A stretch of 64,000 nucleotides of DNA, from NCBI GenBank assembly GCA_036759025.1, contig DAIOVL010000015.1, positions 3,676 through 67,675 on the forward strand, read 5' to 3'. The position numbers and the translations under genes are program-made. The stretch is from Bacteroidales bacterium. Lineage in GTDB: Bacteria; Bacteroidota; Bacteroidia; Bacteroidales; VadinHA17. Positions 35,410 through 44,526 of the stretch are shown here, in pieces; position 1 is the first letter of the stretch, and each line of letters starts with the position of its first letter. The notes under the pieces were generated by a model. It did no database searches. It was not told the DNA's origin and saw nothing but the letters and a program-made list of their open reading frames with translations.

Positions 35410-35976
35410 TCAGATGGTTGTTATCTGTCCCTCGTAGATCCTGGAATCTTCCACGGGCAGAAGATAACCGCTCCATGTGAGTTTACCGGGTCCGAGTCCG
35501 CTGATTGTAGCTGAAGCATTGCCATTGGCTCCCACGTGCATCAGGACATCGTAGTTCCCGAGATTTGTCACCAGGTTGAATCTCACCGTATAGGTAAGGT
35601 TCTTATTGTTCGACGTCATTTCCCATCTTCCAAGCATCCCCTTTGCAGTAACTCCACCGACACCGTTATAACCTATCCCGGCAGGTGAGCCTGTCTGGAG
35701 AACACCTCCTTCCTCATTCACCAGAATGAAATTAAGGTTTGAGATCACCGGGATGTTAACACCCCAGTCGTCGCGCAGGTAATCGGCCCTGAGGACAAAA
35801 TTCTTTGAATTAAGGATTGAGTCAAGCACGATGAAATTAGCTTCCATCCTGGCTTTTCTGACCTCTTTGAGCTCCTGACGGGATAGTTTCCTGTCCTGAG
35901 CGTTACTATACTGAAGATTCATTAATAATCCGAATAACAGCAAGAGGCCCGTTGATTTAAATACATGTGTTTTCAT
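35410..35976 (-). CDS. Secreted hypothetical protein (DUF4251-like)
   Basis: The internal start MKTHVFKSTGLLLLFGLLMNLQYSNAQ gives a clean signal peptide, whereas the ORF-track start at 36033 adds 19 aa. The DUF4251 call is from weak recollection of the SRQE..KAR..FVLRADYL pattern. Confidence 0.35.
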   Translation of the reverse strand: MKTHVFKSTGLLLLFGLLMNLQYSNAQDRKLSRQELKEVRKARMEANFIVLDSILNSKNFVLRADYLRDDWGVNIPVISNLNFILVNEEGGVLQTGSPAGIGYNGVGGVTAKGMLGRWEMTSNNKNLTYTVRFNLVTNLGNYDVLMHVGANGNASATISGLGPGKLTWSGYLLPVEDSRIYEGQITTI

Positions 35977-36244
35977 ACCTCTTAGTTTTAATTGTTTAAA
36001 TGATCTGATCCAAATTGTGTACCAATAAAACATCGTCAGATACTATTTAACAAAATTTTAAGAGGTTTGTTGGCTGTTCACCACGGGTTCGTTTAAATAT
36101 ATTTAACAATGATTCCTGTTTGGGATGACTGATGATATTTTGGAGGCACTTAAAAATAAAAGATTCAAATAATAGTTATTTTTATGGCAGCTAACAGATT
36201 TTTTTATTGACCGGATTATTGATTACCAACTAACCTCCGATGAT

Positions 36245-36850
36245 ATGATTAAACCAGGATTAAAATTTGTAATCACAATCACCCTTCTGATCACAGGTGT
36301 TAATTGTGTAAAAAGCCAGACAGCAGGTCAGGAGGTTCTGGATAACGGGACTCTGAGGGACCAGATGCAGTTCATTGAGGAGAAGACGAGGATATACGAA
36401 AACTACAGGGCGATACGTGAGGACATGTTCCAGAAGATTAAAGGTAATTCACTCGATTCTCTTGACGGCGCGCTATCTGTCATTGAAGATTACAAGATCC
36501 TTACAGGGAAGCTCAACGGCAGGATAGATTCCCTGCGCAACACTCTCAGTATCACGCAGGAAAACCTTGATGAAACCACCAGGACGAAAGAAAGGATAAG
36601 TGTGCTTGGAATAGGGCTGAACAAGACCCTGTACAACTTGATAATGTGGATAATAGTAGCCGGTCTTCTCGTTTTACTGGGATCGGGATTTGTTGCTTTC
36701 AGGCGTAACTTCAGCATAACGCAGAAAACAAGGAACGAACTCGATGAGATGAAGAAGGAGTTTGACGATTACCGCACAAAGACCCGACTTGAGCGTGAAA
36801 AGGCAAGTATGGAACATTTTAAGGAGATACAGAGACTGAAAGGCAGATAA
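36245..36850 (+). CDS. Hypothetical membrane-anchored coiled-coil protein
   Basis: 201-aa ORF with an N-terminal signal, a central TM helix LIMWIIVAGLLVLLGSGFVAF, and charged coiled-coil-like flanks. Confidence 0.5.
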   Translation: MIKPGLKFVITITLLITGVNCVKSQTAGQEVLDNGTLRDQMQFIEEKTRIYENYRAIREDMFQKIKGNSLDSLDGALSVIEDYKILTGKLNGRIDSLRNTLSITQENLDETTRTKERISVLGIGLNKTLYNLIMWIIVAGLLVLLGSGFVAFRRNFSITQKTRNELDEMKKEFDDYRTKTRLEREKASMEHFKEIQRLKGR

Positions 36851-36865
36851 TTATTTGATCTGCCT
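36841..36865. terminator. Hairpin AGGCAGAT-(9 nt)-ATCTGCCT between convergent genes
   Basis: The arms at 36841..36848 and 36858..36865 are exact complements. The hairpin overlaps the stop codon of 36245..36850. It lies in the 92-bp gap facing the 3' end of 36943..39603. There is no strong T-tract. Confidence 0.35.
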
Positions 36866-36942
36866 GTACTTAATTGATGTAATGCATCTTTCCTGTTTCT
36901 GTTAAAGTCTTCTCTGTTTAAATTATGGTATCCGGTCCATTG

Positions 36943-39603
36943 CTATCTTAGAGTTACAGGGCCGTACAAACCGGAAGGCAATGATTCCTTCTCAAAGGCA
37001 AGAGTTCTTGAATGGTAAGGACCAAGCTGGTTTTTTGTCCAGACATCAAGAGCTTTCGTTGTGACATACTGATTCGCCAGAGTATTGGTTACCGTTATCC
37101 TCAGGACATTATTCCCCTCCTTAAGCTTACCGCGAATATCAAAGGCAAAAGGTTTCCATATCCTCCTGCCCAGGTCCTGACCATTCAATTCCGCACGGCA
37201 GAAATACTTCACTTCACCAAGATCAAGCAGTGAAGCTCTCTTAATTTCCTGTTCCGAACAGCTGAAACTTACTTCATATAAGGCATCACCGGAGAAGGAT
37301 TCTCCCAAAATTGTTCTCCAGTCGCCAGGTTTAGCAGGGATTTTCGTTTCAGACGGATTATTATCAATCGTGGTACTATGGCTGCCTATTGTATACTCAG
37401 AGGTTTTGCCGCAGGTCCATCCTTCAGTAATGGTTTGTAATACTGACTCACCGGCAACGGGTTCTTCCGATACAGGAAGAACCTCATTTGTAAAGATAAA
37501 AACTGCTGATCCGGCAAATTCCATTTCAAGAGGGATTTCCCATCCATGCTGCTTCCTAACAGCATGTGCCGGCACATGGCATAAACCAGTTTCAGGATCG
37601 AGCCTGACAGGCCTCATGTCTTCAGAAAATACAATTGTTATTTTCTTATGACAGGTATCTTCATTGGTGACAAAATATAATGAAGCCCTGTCCATTATTC
37701 TTTTGCAGACACGGATATGCCTGTCGGGATCAGTGAGATGTACAACCGGTTCTATATGCTGACTAAGGTCTTCAGTTGTGGTGAATATCGCACCCGGCAG
37801 TGTTCCCTTACTCTTATCGTTATCCACCCATATCACTTTCCCACCTGTTCTTATGAACTTTTCAATTTTCTCTGCTGATCCGGCAGGCATGAATTCATTA
37901 CGTGATATGAAGATGGAGTTATATTCCATAGGACCAATTTTCAGTTTACCGTTTTTGATCTTCACCGCTTCGTTTGCAAGAATATCGTCGTCGATTAAGT
38001 CAAAATCGCACTGGTTTTCCAGAAGGATCCTGGCAAGGTCGTCATTTGATGAACAAATTGTTTTTACATCCGGACCGCCTGCCCATATATCATTTACAGG
38101 ATAATAAAGAGCTGTTCTGATACCGGGTTCGCCCAGGCTGAGAAGGTAACTCAGTCTTCCAACATAATCATGGTAAATGTCCATATATTTCCATACCGGA
38201 TCTCCCGGGCCACAGTTAGGTCTGCATCCGGCCTGAAGCCAGTCCTTTTTTGAAAGGGGATAACCGCCTATTACCAGGAGGTTTATTCCTCTGACATACT
38301 GGTAATCTGATATCCATTTCATCTGGCTTGCAGTCAGACCATTGCCATATACGGCAAATGATTCGGTGAACGCCCAGGGAAGTCCCGACTGGTGGGCAAC
38401 CGTGGATGCAAACTTCGGGAAATGATGATTTTGTTTTCCGGGCCATAACTGTCGCCAGATTACATCCACTGCCGGGACATCCATCTTTCTCAAGGCTCTC
38501 AGGGGATGGCCATAACCTGCAGTACGTGCATTGATCGTAGCGTCTTCACCGTCGAGATGGCCGCCCGACATAAGGTTATTTTCATGGCACCATTCCTGTA
38601 TCTGGCCGAGATAAGCGTCGGCAAAACGTTGTGACCACCAGTTGAAAAAATCAATTCTCACCTTCATATCATTCATGCCGGCTCCGCCGAAGAGGGAAGG
38701 CAGTTCATTTCTTATGTCATATCCGAATTTACTGTTGAAAGAGGAAGCGAGGTCATCAGTCCACCCGGGATTAGCCACTTTTGGCTCGTCAGTAAATGCA
38801 ATTCTGTAAGTGCTGCCGAAGTATTGTCCAATGTGTTTCTTATATTCCTCGTGTGTGAGCCTTATAAACTCACTCGTTGACCGGGGGTTGAGAAGGTCAG
38901 GATATGTACCTGATCTGGAGACTGTAAAAATAGAGACGTTCGCACTATCTTCTTCAACGATGAGTGTAGTGCCCGGATCTATCCGGCTGAGCCTGGTATT
39001 TCCCCTGTACATGAAAGCTGAGATGCAGTCAGCCGGAATCACGACAGTATCTCCCCTTGAAGGTTCAAGAATTTTTCTTGTCAATGACTGTCTCACAAGT
39101 GAAGGATTCTGTTCAACCACTCTGCCAAGACAACTTCCTGAAGGCCAGCCACCCTCATCGTAGAGATAGGGGACCATATCAAACTCATTGCATTTTTCAG
39201 TTATAAATTGAAAGAGTTCCAGATATCCCGGACTCAAGTAATCAGGTATCATCCGTGTCGGCATATTTACAGGCCGGAATGCGGAAGGTATGGGCATAGG
39301 GCATAGAGTCATAACCCCATGTTCCTTCATGTCTGTCATCTGTTCCAGTAACAATTCTTTTGTCATTGTATCATTCCATGACCAGAAATACCCTGGCCGG
39401 TAAAATGATTCAGGATGAAAAAAGCGGGTGTAATCGAAAGATTGCAGACCCGGGCTTCTGATATCAGTTACGGTAGTTCTTTTTTTGTTAAATCCCTCAG
39501 GACCTGAGTTTTTTAACCCGGTCAATTTTCCCAGGAGAAAGATTATAATGATCACTAAAACTGCAGGAAGCAGATACTTCCAGATACGTATAGAATTTTT
39601 CAT
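36943..39603 (-). CDS. Membrane-anchored putative glycoside hydrolase with a C-terminal jelly-roll (galactose-binding-like) domain, GH106-like
   Basis: 886-aa ORF with N-terminal anchor YLLPAVLVIIIIFLLGKL. PGYFWSWNDTMTKE is near the N-terminus. The C-terminal AELNGQDLGRRIWKPFAFDIRGKLKEGNNVLRITVTNTLANQ is typical of the jelly-roll tail of GH106/GH2-like enzymes. The family is uncertain. Confidence 0.4.
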   Translation of the reverse strand: MKNSIRIWKYLLPAVLVIIIIFLLGKLTGLKNSGPEGFNKKRTTVTDIRSPGLQSFDYTRFFHPESFYRPGYFWSWNDTMTKELLLEQMTDMKEHGVMTLCPMPIPSAFRPVNMPTRMIPDYLSPGYLELFQFITEKCNEFDMVPYLYDEGGWPSGSCLGRVVEQNPSLVRQSLTRKILEPSRGDTVVIPADCISAFMYRGNTRLSRIDPGTTLIVEEDSANVSIFTVSRSGTYPDLLNPRSTSEFIRLTHEEYKKHIGQYFGSTYRIAFTDEPKVANPGWTDDLASSFNSKFGYDIRNELPSLFGGAGMNDMKVRIDFFNWWSQRFADAYLGQIQEWCHENNLMSGGHLDGEDATINARTAGYGHPLRALRKMDVPAVDVIWRQLWPGKQNHHFPKFASTVAHQSGLPWAFTESFAVYGNGLTASQMKWISDYQYVRGINLLVIGGYPLSKKDWLQAGCRPNCGPGDPVWKYMDIYHDYVGRLSYLLSLGEPGIRTALYYPVNDIWAGGPDVKTICSSNDDLARILLENQCDFDLIDDDILANEAVKIKNGKLKIGPMEYNSIFISRNEFMPAGSAEKIEKFIRTGGKVIWVDNDKSKGTLPGAIFTTTEDLSQHIEPVVHLTDPDRHIRVCKRIMDRASLYFVTNEDTCHKKITIVFSEDMRPVRLDPETGLCHVPAHAVRKQHGWEIPLEMEFAGSAVFIFTNEVLPVSEEPVAGESVLQTITEGWTCGKTSEYTIGSHSTTIDNNPSETKIPAKPGDWRTILGESFSGDALYEVSFSCSEQEIKRASLLDLGEVKYFCRAELNGQDLGRRIWKPFAFDIRGKLKEGNNVLRITVTNTLANQYVTTKALDVWTKNQLGPYHSRTLAFEKESLPSGLYGPVTLR

Positions 39604-39647
39604 TATAGAAAATATTAATATTTACTTTTTGTATCCTGGGCGAGATC

Positions 39648-41279
39648 TCAGTCTTTTCTGAGCATCAGCAGGGCATCATCCCAACCACGGGGTCTCATGA
39701 ACAGTTTGTTTATTTCAGGAGTTACCTTCTCATCCATCTGAATGGTAATTCCGTTTGCAGGGTTCAGCCATTTCCCTGAAAAAGTACCTGAAAAGCCTGA
39801 CAGATCGAGGTTTATTTCAGGATTATCAGGAAGATATGCGAGTAAAAGACTTTTGTCAGAAGCTACCGATACAACCATTTTACTGGTATCATTTGCTTCC
39901 TGGTTGAGTACCAGTTCATGGGCTGGTATGAGCTTCCACCATTCAAGAGGTTTAAAGAAATCATGCATGATTGTCATCTGTCCGGCACTGGGCCACAGTA
40001 TTGCTTTTTTCCAGTAATCATAGGTGTCGGGGTTGTCATTCCATCTCCATACTCCTCCTGATCCTTCGGGTACTTTTGGGGGGACATCGCCGGCACCATA
40101 AGTATATCCTTTTGATCCTGACAACCAGGAAATCCATCCGATTTTTCTAACGTCCTTTTCTCTCCAGTTCTTACCGTTATTGTTCCCGCGTGCGTCGTAC
40201 ATACCTTCGATATTGATAACGGGTTTCAGGGGATTCCCGTTCCACATATCGAGTGTCCACTGGCGTGCCGCGTTATATGCCCGTTCGAGCCGGCCGCCAT
40301 GATGACCGCTCTGCATACCGCAGAAATCAGTATATGGCGAATTACGGTACTTCGTATTAGCCTCATAATTGGTTCCGGGGTGCTGTGTTACAAGATGTGT
40401 AGTATATTTTTTCAGTTCCATTGCCATGGTGTCATTGCCTCCAATAAACACCTGGTCGAAGCTGGGTGAGAAAATTACCATGTAGGGAGCCATCCTTCCC
40501 GCAAAATAGCTGGCAAAATCCTGGTTACCGGGGTTTTCCTTAAATTCATCATTCCACACTTTACTGATCCCGACCATAAAAATGATAATGCCCTTTTCAT
40601 TAGCATAACGTATTTTAGAATCCAGGTCACTCCAGTAATCAGGATCAGGAGAGCGGTCGCTGAGAAATGAGGTTTCCCTGAGATCCTTACCCGGATTCTT
40701 ACTGACTCCCTTGGGACTTACCTGGATGACAGTGAATTTCTGATCCGACCGGGTATCTATGTAATGGCGCCAGTCTTCCATTGAAGTGCTCCTTAATGAC
40801 CGCCATCCTGTCTCTCCAATCCAGAGAAAAGGTTTTCCGTCGGCATGAACAAGATATCTTTTGTCTTCGCTGACACGCAGGTCGCCATGACGATAAAGAG
40901 GATTATCACCTTCATAAGCAAGAACTTCAACCTTGCCTTTACTTTTATTAAGGCCTCTGTCATTACTGCCAGGGGATGCCGATGACCATGTCCAGGTACC
41001 GGGAGACGGGAAAGCTGCCCTGAACCTGTAAATTTTTCCGTCATCACTAAATGCCTGGTTTGTAAATTGCTGTCCCTCTGGCCCCTGGAAAGAAACCTCA
41101 ACTGCATATGGACGTCCTTCAGGGCTTTCTTTTGCCTCAATTGCGGATTCCCATGGTTGCCACTGAACAACTTTCTCTCTGGCAGGCATGCTGCATCTTA
41201 TTGCCAGTGCAACAATCATGGCTGGCAGCATTACCATTATACCAGTAAGATGACTGCCGGATCGGGTTTTGACATTCAT
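39648..41279 (-). CDS. DUF5060 + DUF4038 (GH140-like) putative glycoside hydrolase
   Basis: 543-aa ORF with a signal/anchor. KIYRFRAAFPSPGTWTW is DUF5060-like, and HADGKPFLWIGETGW is a DUF4038-like start of the TIM barrel. Confidence 0.55.
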   Translation of the reverse strand: MNVKTRSGSHLTGIMVMLPAMIVALAIRCSMPAREKVVQWQPWESAIEAKESPEGRPYAVEVSFQGPEGQQFTNQAFSDDGKIYRFRAAFPSPGTWTWSSASPGSNDRGLNKSKGKVEVLAYEGDNPLYRHGDLRVSEDKRYLVHADGKPFLWIGETGWRSLRSTSMEDWRHYIDTRSDQKFTVIQVSPKGVSKNPGKDLRETSFLSDRSPDPDYWSDLDSKIRYANEKGIIIFMVGISKVWNDEFKENPGNQDFASYFAGRMAPYMVIFSPSFDQVFIGGNDTMAMELKKYTTHLVTQHPGTNYEANTKYRNSPYTDFCGMQSGHHGGRLERAYNAARQWTLDMWNGNPLKPVINIEGMYDARGNNNGKNWREKDVRKIGWISWLSGSKGYTYGAGDVPPKVPEGSGGVWRWNDNPDTYDYWKKAILWPSAGQMTIMHDFFKPLEWWKLIPAHELVLNQEANDTSKMVVSVASDKSLLLAYLPDNPEINLDLSGFSGTFSGKWLNPANGITIQMDEKVTPEINKLFMRPRGWDDALLMLRKD

Positions 41280-41316
41280 GATGGTAGTATTAATTGTTAT
41301 GTATTTATTTTTAAAA

Positions 41317-42123
41317 CTAAGTGTTAAAATATTTTTTCAGATAAGATACGCTTTTTTCTGCCCATATCCTTTCCTTTGTTATTGTCTTATCAAGCGATTC
41401 TTCGGGAGGAGTCCATTGTTCAAGTATTGCCGTACGGCATTTCCCAGGCAGCTCACTGAGTATCCACTGGAGCGGGAGATCACCTTCCCCGAAAGGCTTT
41501 CCTTCGATATCAAATCCCATCTTATGGTATTTACGCTTTATCGAAACTTCCTTGAGATGAAAGTTAACAGCATAGGGAGCCAGACTGCTTACCACCTCAC
41601 GGATACCTTCACCAACTCCGAGTGAGTTGGCACAGTCAAGGCAGATGCCCACATAATCACTTGCAACCGATTCAATTATTTCTACAAACTGAGAAGTAAA
41701 GAGCCTGTCATGATTTTCGACAGCAAGTATAATTTCTTTTTCTCTCAGCACAGGTTCAGCATTCCTGACTACTGAGATAATATCATTGACATCAGGACGG
41801 TAATCATCACCATCAATTACAAACCTCAGTATTCGTGACTTCATCCTTTCCGCTATACCAATGTACTGCCGGAGGTTCGTGGGAGTCATTCTGTTGGCTC
41901 CGGCTTCCAGTTCAATTCCCAGCTCTGAAGCTTTCTGCACAAGGTTATCAAGCTGTTCTTCAGTCATTTTATGAAGAGGCATATTATCGGCGATCTGGAC
42001 AAGCGTAACATTAAGATCTTCAGCTATATTGAGTATGTCCATTTCATTTAGCCGTACAGGAGGCAAATGGCCGGGGACTCCGACGGCCCATGTAAAAGAA
42101 TAACTGCTGATACCTAATTTCAT
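41317..42123 (-). CDS. Sugar phosphate isomerase/epimerase (xylose isomerase-like TIM barrel), cytoplasmic
   Basis: 268-aa ORF with no signal. It shows the typical AP_endonuc_2/XI-like pattern MKLGISSYSF...ILAVENHD...GICLDCANS...HLKE. Confidence 0.8.
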   Translation of the reverse strand: MKLGISSYSFTWAVGVPGHLPPVRLNEMDILNIAEDLNVTLVQIADNMPLHKMTEEQLDNLVQKASELGIELEAGANRMTPTNLRQYIGIAERMKSRILRFVIDGDDYRPDVNDIISVVRNAEPVLREKEIILAVENHDRLFTSQFVEIIESVASDYVGICLDCANSLGVGEGIREVVSSLAPYAVNFHLKEVSIKRKYHKMGFDIEGKPFGEGDLPLQWILSELPGKCRTAILEQWTPPEESLDKTITKERIWAEKSVSYLKKYFNT

Positions 42124-42125
42124 TT

Positions 42126-43499
42126 TCAGAATTTTAGAAATTTAAGAAGGAGAACTGTAAGTGTGATTAATGTAAGCAGCATGATATAAATTATCATTCT
42201 TCTTTTCACAACTTCAGGTTTTGTGGACCCCAGCTTCACTGAAGGCCGTATCAGAAACCATGAAATGACTGCAAGTATATTCATGACTGCTGCAAAAATA
42301 AAGAATGAATTTGCTGTTCCTGTCTCCGGGACCAGGAAGGGGATTGTGACACTGCTGATAAAGAAGGGAAAAATAATTGCACTCAGGGCTGAACCTATGT
42401 TTCCGAGCATATTCATTGTTGCAGAAACGACTCCTGACCTGTCTCCGCCGATATCCATACATAAAGACCAGCTGGGTGCAATTGTCATTTCAACTCCAAA
42501 AACTGCTACCGAGAACATCATAGTAAAGGCCAGAGCTGAGTTTCCGGGCATAAAGATAATAAGGACAAGACCTGCTGCCGACAGCATGAATCCGGCTATA
42601 GCAGGGATCTTACGTGAAGGTACCTGTCCGAACCTCTGATAGATGAGAGTTGCTATCCATCCTGAGAACCACTGTGCAAAAGTCCCGAACAGAAGGGGTA
42701 TCGGGGCATAAATCTCCGCACTTTTACCCCACTGGGACACGAGGTATGGAAGAAGCCAGGTGAAGCTGATAAAGAAGGTTATGTTGCTTGCTACATACTG
42801 AAACATCACCAGGAGCATATTTGATGATGTAAGTATTTGTCCTAAAGCTAGTTTCCCCCCTGGAAGGGCATCTTCAGCTATACCGGATTCAATGTAATCA
42901 AGCTCCTGTTCACTGATTTTCCTGTTTTGCCGGGGATTATCATGATACCACCATTTCCAGATGATCACCCATATCAATCCCAGGGCGCCGGTAATTACGA
43001 ATGTCAGCCTCCATCCTGCAAGTCTGATTAGAAATGGCAGAATAAACAAAGACAGGGCTGCCCCTACTCTGGCGCCTGAATGAAAGATCCCGTTGGCAAT
43101 TCCTCTTTCCCTTGCAGGTATCCATCTGTAGAAAGCTTTTGTAGCTCCCGGGAAAGCACCTGCTTCACCGACACCGAACAGGAATCTGATTATCAGCATC
43201 GATATTGCGTTCCACGCAGCTCCCGACAATGCAGTAAAAGTACTCCATGAAGTAACGATCCAGGTAAGGGCTCTTTTAGGTCCGTATTTATCGGCGACCC
43301 ATCCGGCAGGGATCTGGAAGAGTGCGTACCCGAGTGCGAAAATCCCGAAAATATAACCCATCATCTGGCTGCTGATTCCCAGATCTGCCTGTATATCGCC
43401 GCTGGCTGCTGAAATACATATCCTGTCCATATACGTGTTTACCGTATGGAAGAACAGAAGCAGAATCAGAATGTATCTTTTTTTTGTGTTTTTTTCCAC
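42126..43499 (-). CDS. MFS transporter (anion:cation symporter-like; sugar acid/hexuronate type)
   Basis: 457-aa ORF with about 12 TM helices. MFS loop motif GWVADKYGPKRAL. Its stop is 2 nt from the next gene's start. Confidence 0.8.
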   Translation of the reverse strand: MEKNTKKRYILILLLFFHTVNTYMDRICISAASGDIQADLGISSQMMGYIFGIFALGYALFQIPAGWVADKYGPKRALTWIVTSWSTFTALSGAAWNAISMLIIRFLFGVGEAGAFPGATKAFYRWIPARERGIANGIFHSGARVGAALSLFILPFLIRLAGWRLTFVITGALGLIWVIIWKWWYHDNPRQNRKISEQELDYIESGIAEDALPGGKLALGQILTSSNMLLVMFQYVASNITFFISFTWLLPYLVSQWGKSAEIYAPIPLLFGTFAQWFSGWIATLIYQRFGQVPSRKIPAIAGFMLSAAGLVLIIFMPGNSALAFTMMFSVAVFGVEMTIAPSWSLCMDIGGDRSGVVSATMNMLGNIGSALSAIIFPFFISSVTIPFLVPETGTANSFFIFAAVMNILAVISWFLIRPSVKLGSTKPEVVKRRMIIYIMLLTLITLTVLLLKFLKF

Positions 43500-43531
43500 C
43501 TGGTTATCTTAAACATGCTGTATTTGCTTCC

Positions 43532-44191
43532 CTACATTATACCGAGAAGTTTTCCTGCGTGATTAAATCCTGAGTATCCAACCTGCATAGCAGGCACTAT
43601 CCCTTCAAACTTTATTTGTGACAGACTTATTTGTCCGAGAACTATGACATCAACATGGTGCTGGAGTTTGTCAAGTTCCCCCAGGACTATTTCATTATGT
43701 TTGTCTATCTCATTTCTGAGGAGGTGTTGTGCAGCAGTTTCGTTAATAACTGTTTTAATGACAATATCTTTTCCCTGTTCAGCAGCTTCAATTTCAAGCA
43801 GTTCCCTGGTAGCAGGAGCGCTTGTCGGGAAGGTGGCAAAAACTCCCATTACCTTACCATTTGCAACTGCTTCCTTTGCCATGGGTTCGTCGATATTCAT
43901 TACCGGATTTTTCACGATCTTTCTTGCAAGCCTGGTGCAGGCCCCCATGGTTGTGCATGTACACATTGTAACATCAGCACCCATGTCTTCGGCAGCCATG
44001 TAGTAATAAAGCATTCTGCGCATCACCGATGATGAAGGTCCGCCGTGAATGAGGGCTTCAGACAACAGGGAGTCGTCCATTATATTGATTATTTCAACAC
44101 CGGGGTTCTTTTTTCCCCATGGATCTGCAAAGGGTGTCATCACCGACCTTTCATACCATCTTACGGTATGGATCAAAACAAGCTTCTTCAT
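43532..44191 (-). CDS. Asp/Glu/hydantoin racemase-family protein (or arylmalonate decarboxylase-like)
   Basis: 219-aa ORF with two Cys-containing segments (VTMCTCTTMGA, and a second half with VIVLGQISL). It has the size and layout of this superfamily. Low-certainty call. Confidence 0.45.
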   Translation of the reverse strand: MKKLVLIHTVRWYERSVMTPFADPWGKKNPGVEIINIMDDSLLSEALIHGGPSSSVMRRMLYYYMAAEDMGADVTMCTCTTMGACTRLARKIVKNPVMNIDEPMAKEAVANGKVMGVFATFPTSAPATRELLEIEAAEQGKDIVIKTVINETAAQHLLRNEIDKHNEIVLGELDKLQHHVDVIVLGQISLSQIKFEGIVPAMQVGYSGFNHAGKLLGIM

Positions 44192-44334
44192 TTTTTATTT
44201 TTTTCTTTATGGATCATTATTTATATGCTGTATTTTTCAATATCTCACCACTTTGCCGATGAATCTTTCTTTCGTCAGAACTTATGAAAGTGATATATTA
44301 ATTTATGAGTGTCAGGAATCGTACATAAAACTCC

Positions 44335-44452
44335 ATTGATTTTGACTTCGTCGAGAACCGCTTCGCTCCGGTTCTTCGTTTACCCCGACCCCAAGGGGAG
44401 CGAAGAAAATCAATTGACTCCCCCTGGGGATGGGGTAAAACAATTGATTTTC
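44335..44452. repeat. Cluster of nested / mutually exclusive inverted repeats in a 335-bp intergenic region
   Basis: ATTGATTTT(GA)CTTCG at 44335..44350 is complementary to CGAAGAAAATCAATTG at 44401..44416, which in turn is complementary to CAATTGATTTTC at 44441..44452. TTTACCCCGACCCCAAGGGGAG (44379..44400) versus CTCCCCCTGGGGATGGGGTAAA (44418..44439) match at 19/22 as reverse complements. There is also a small hairpin AGAACCG-(8)-CGGTTCT at 44354..44375. Confidence 0.6.
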
Positions 44453-44526
44453 AAGCGTCTTTGGATACATTATTAATCATTCCTGATAGTCATATAATAA
44501 TTATAGTACCTGGTATGTGGATTATG

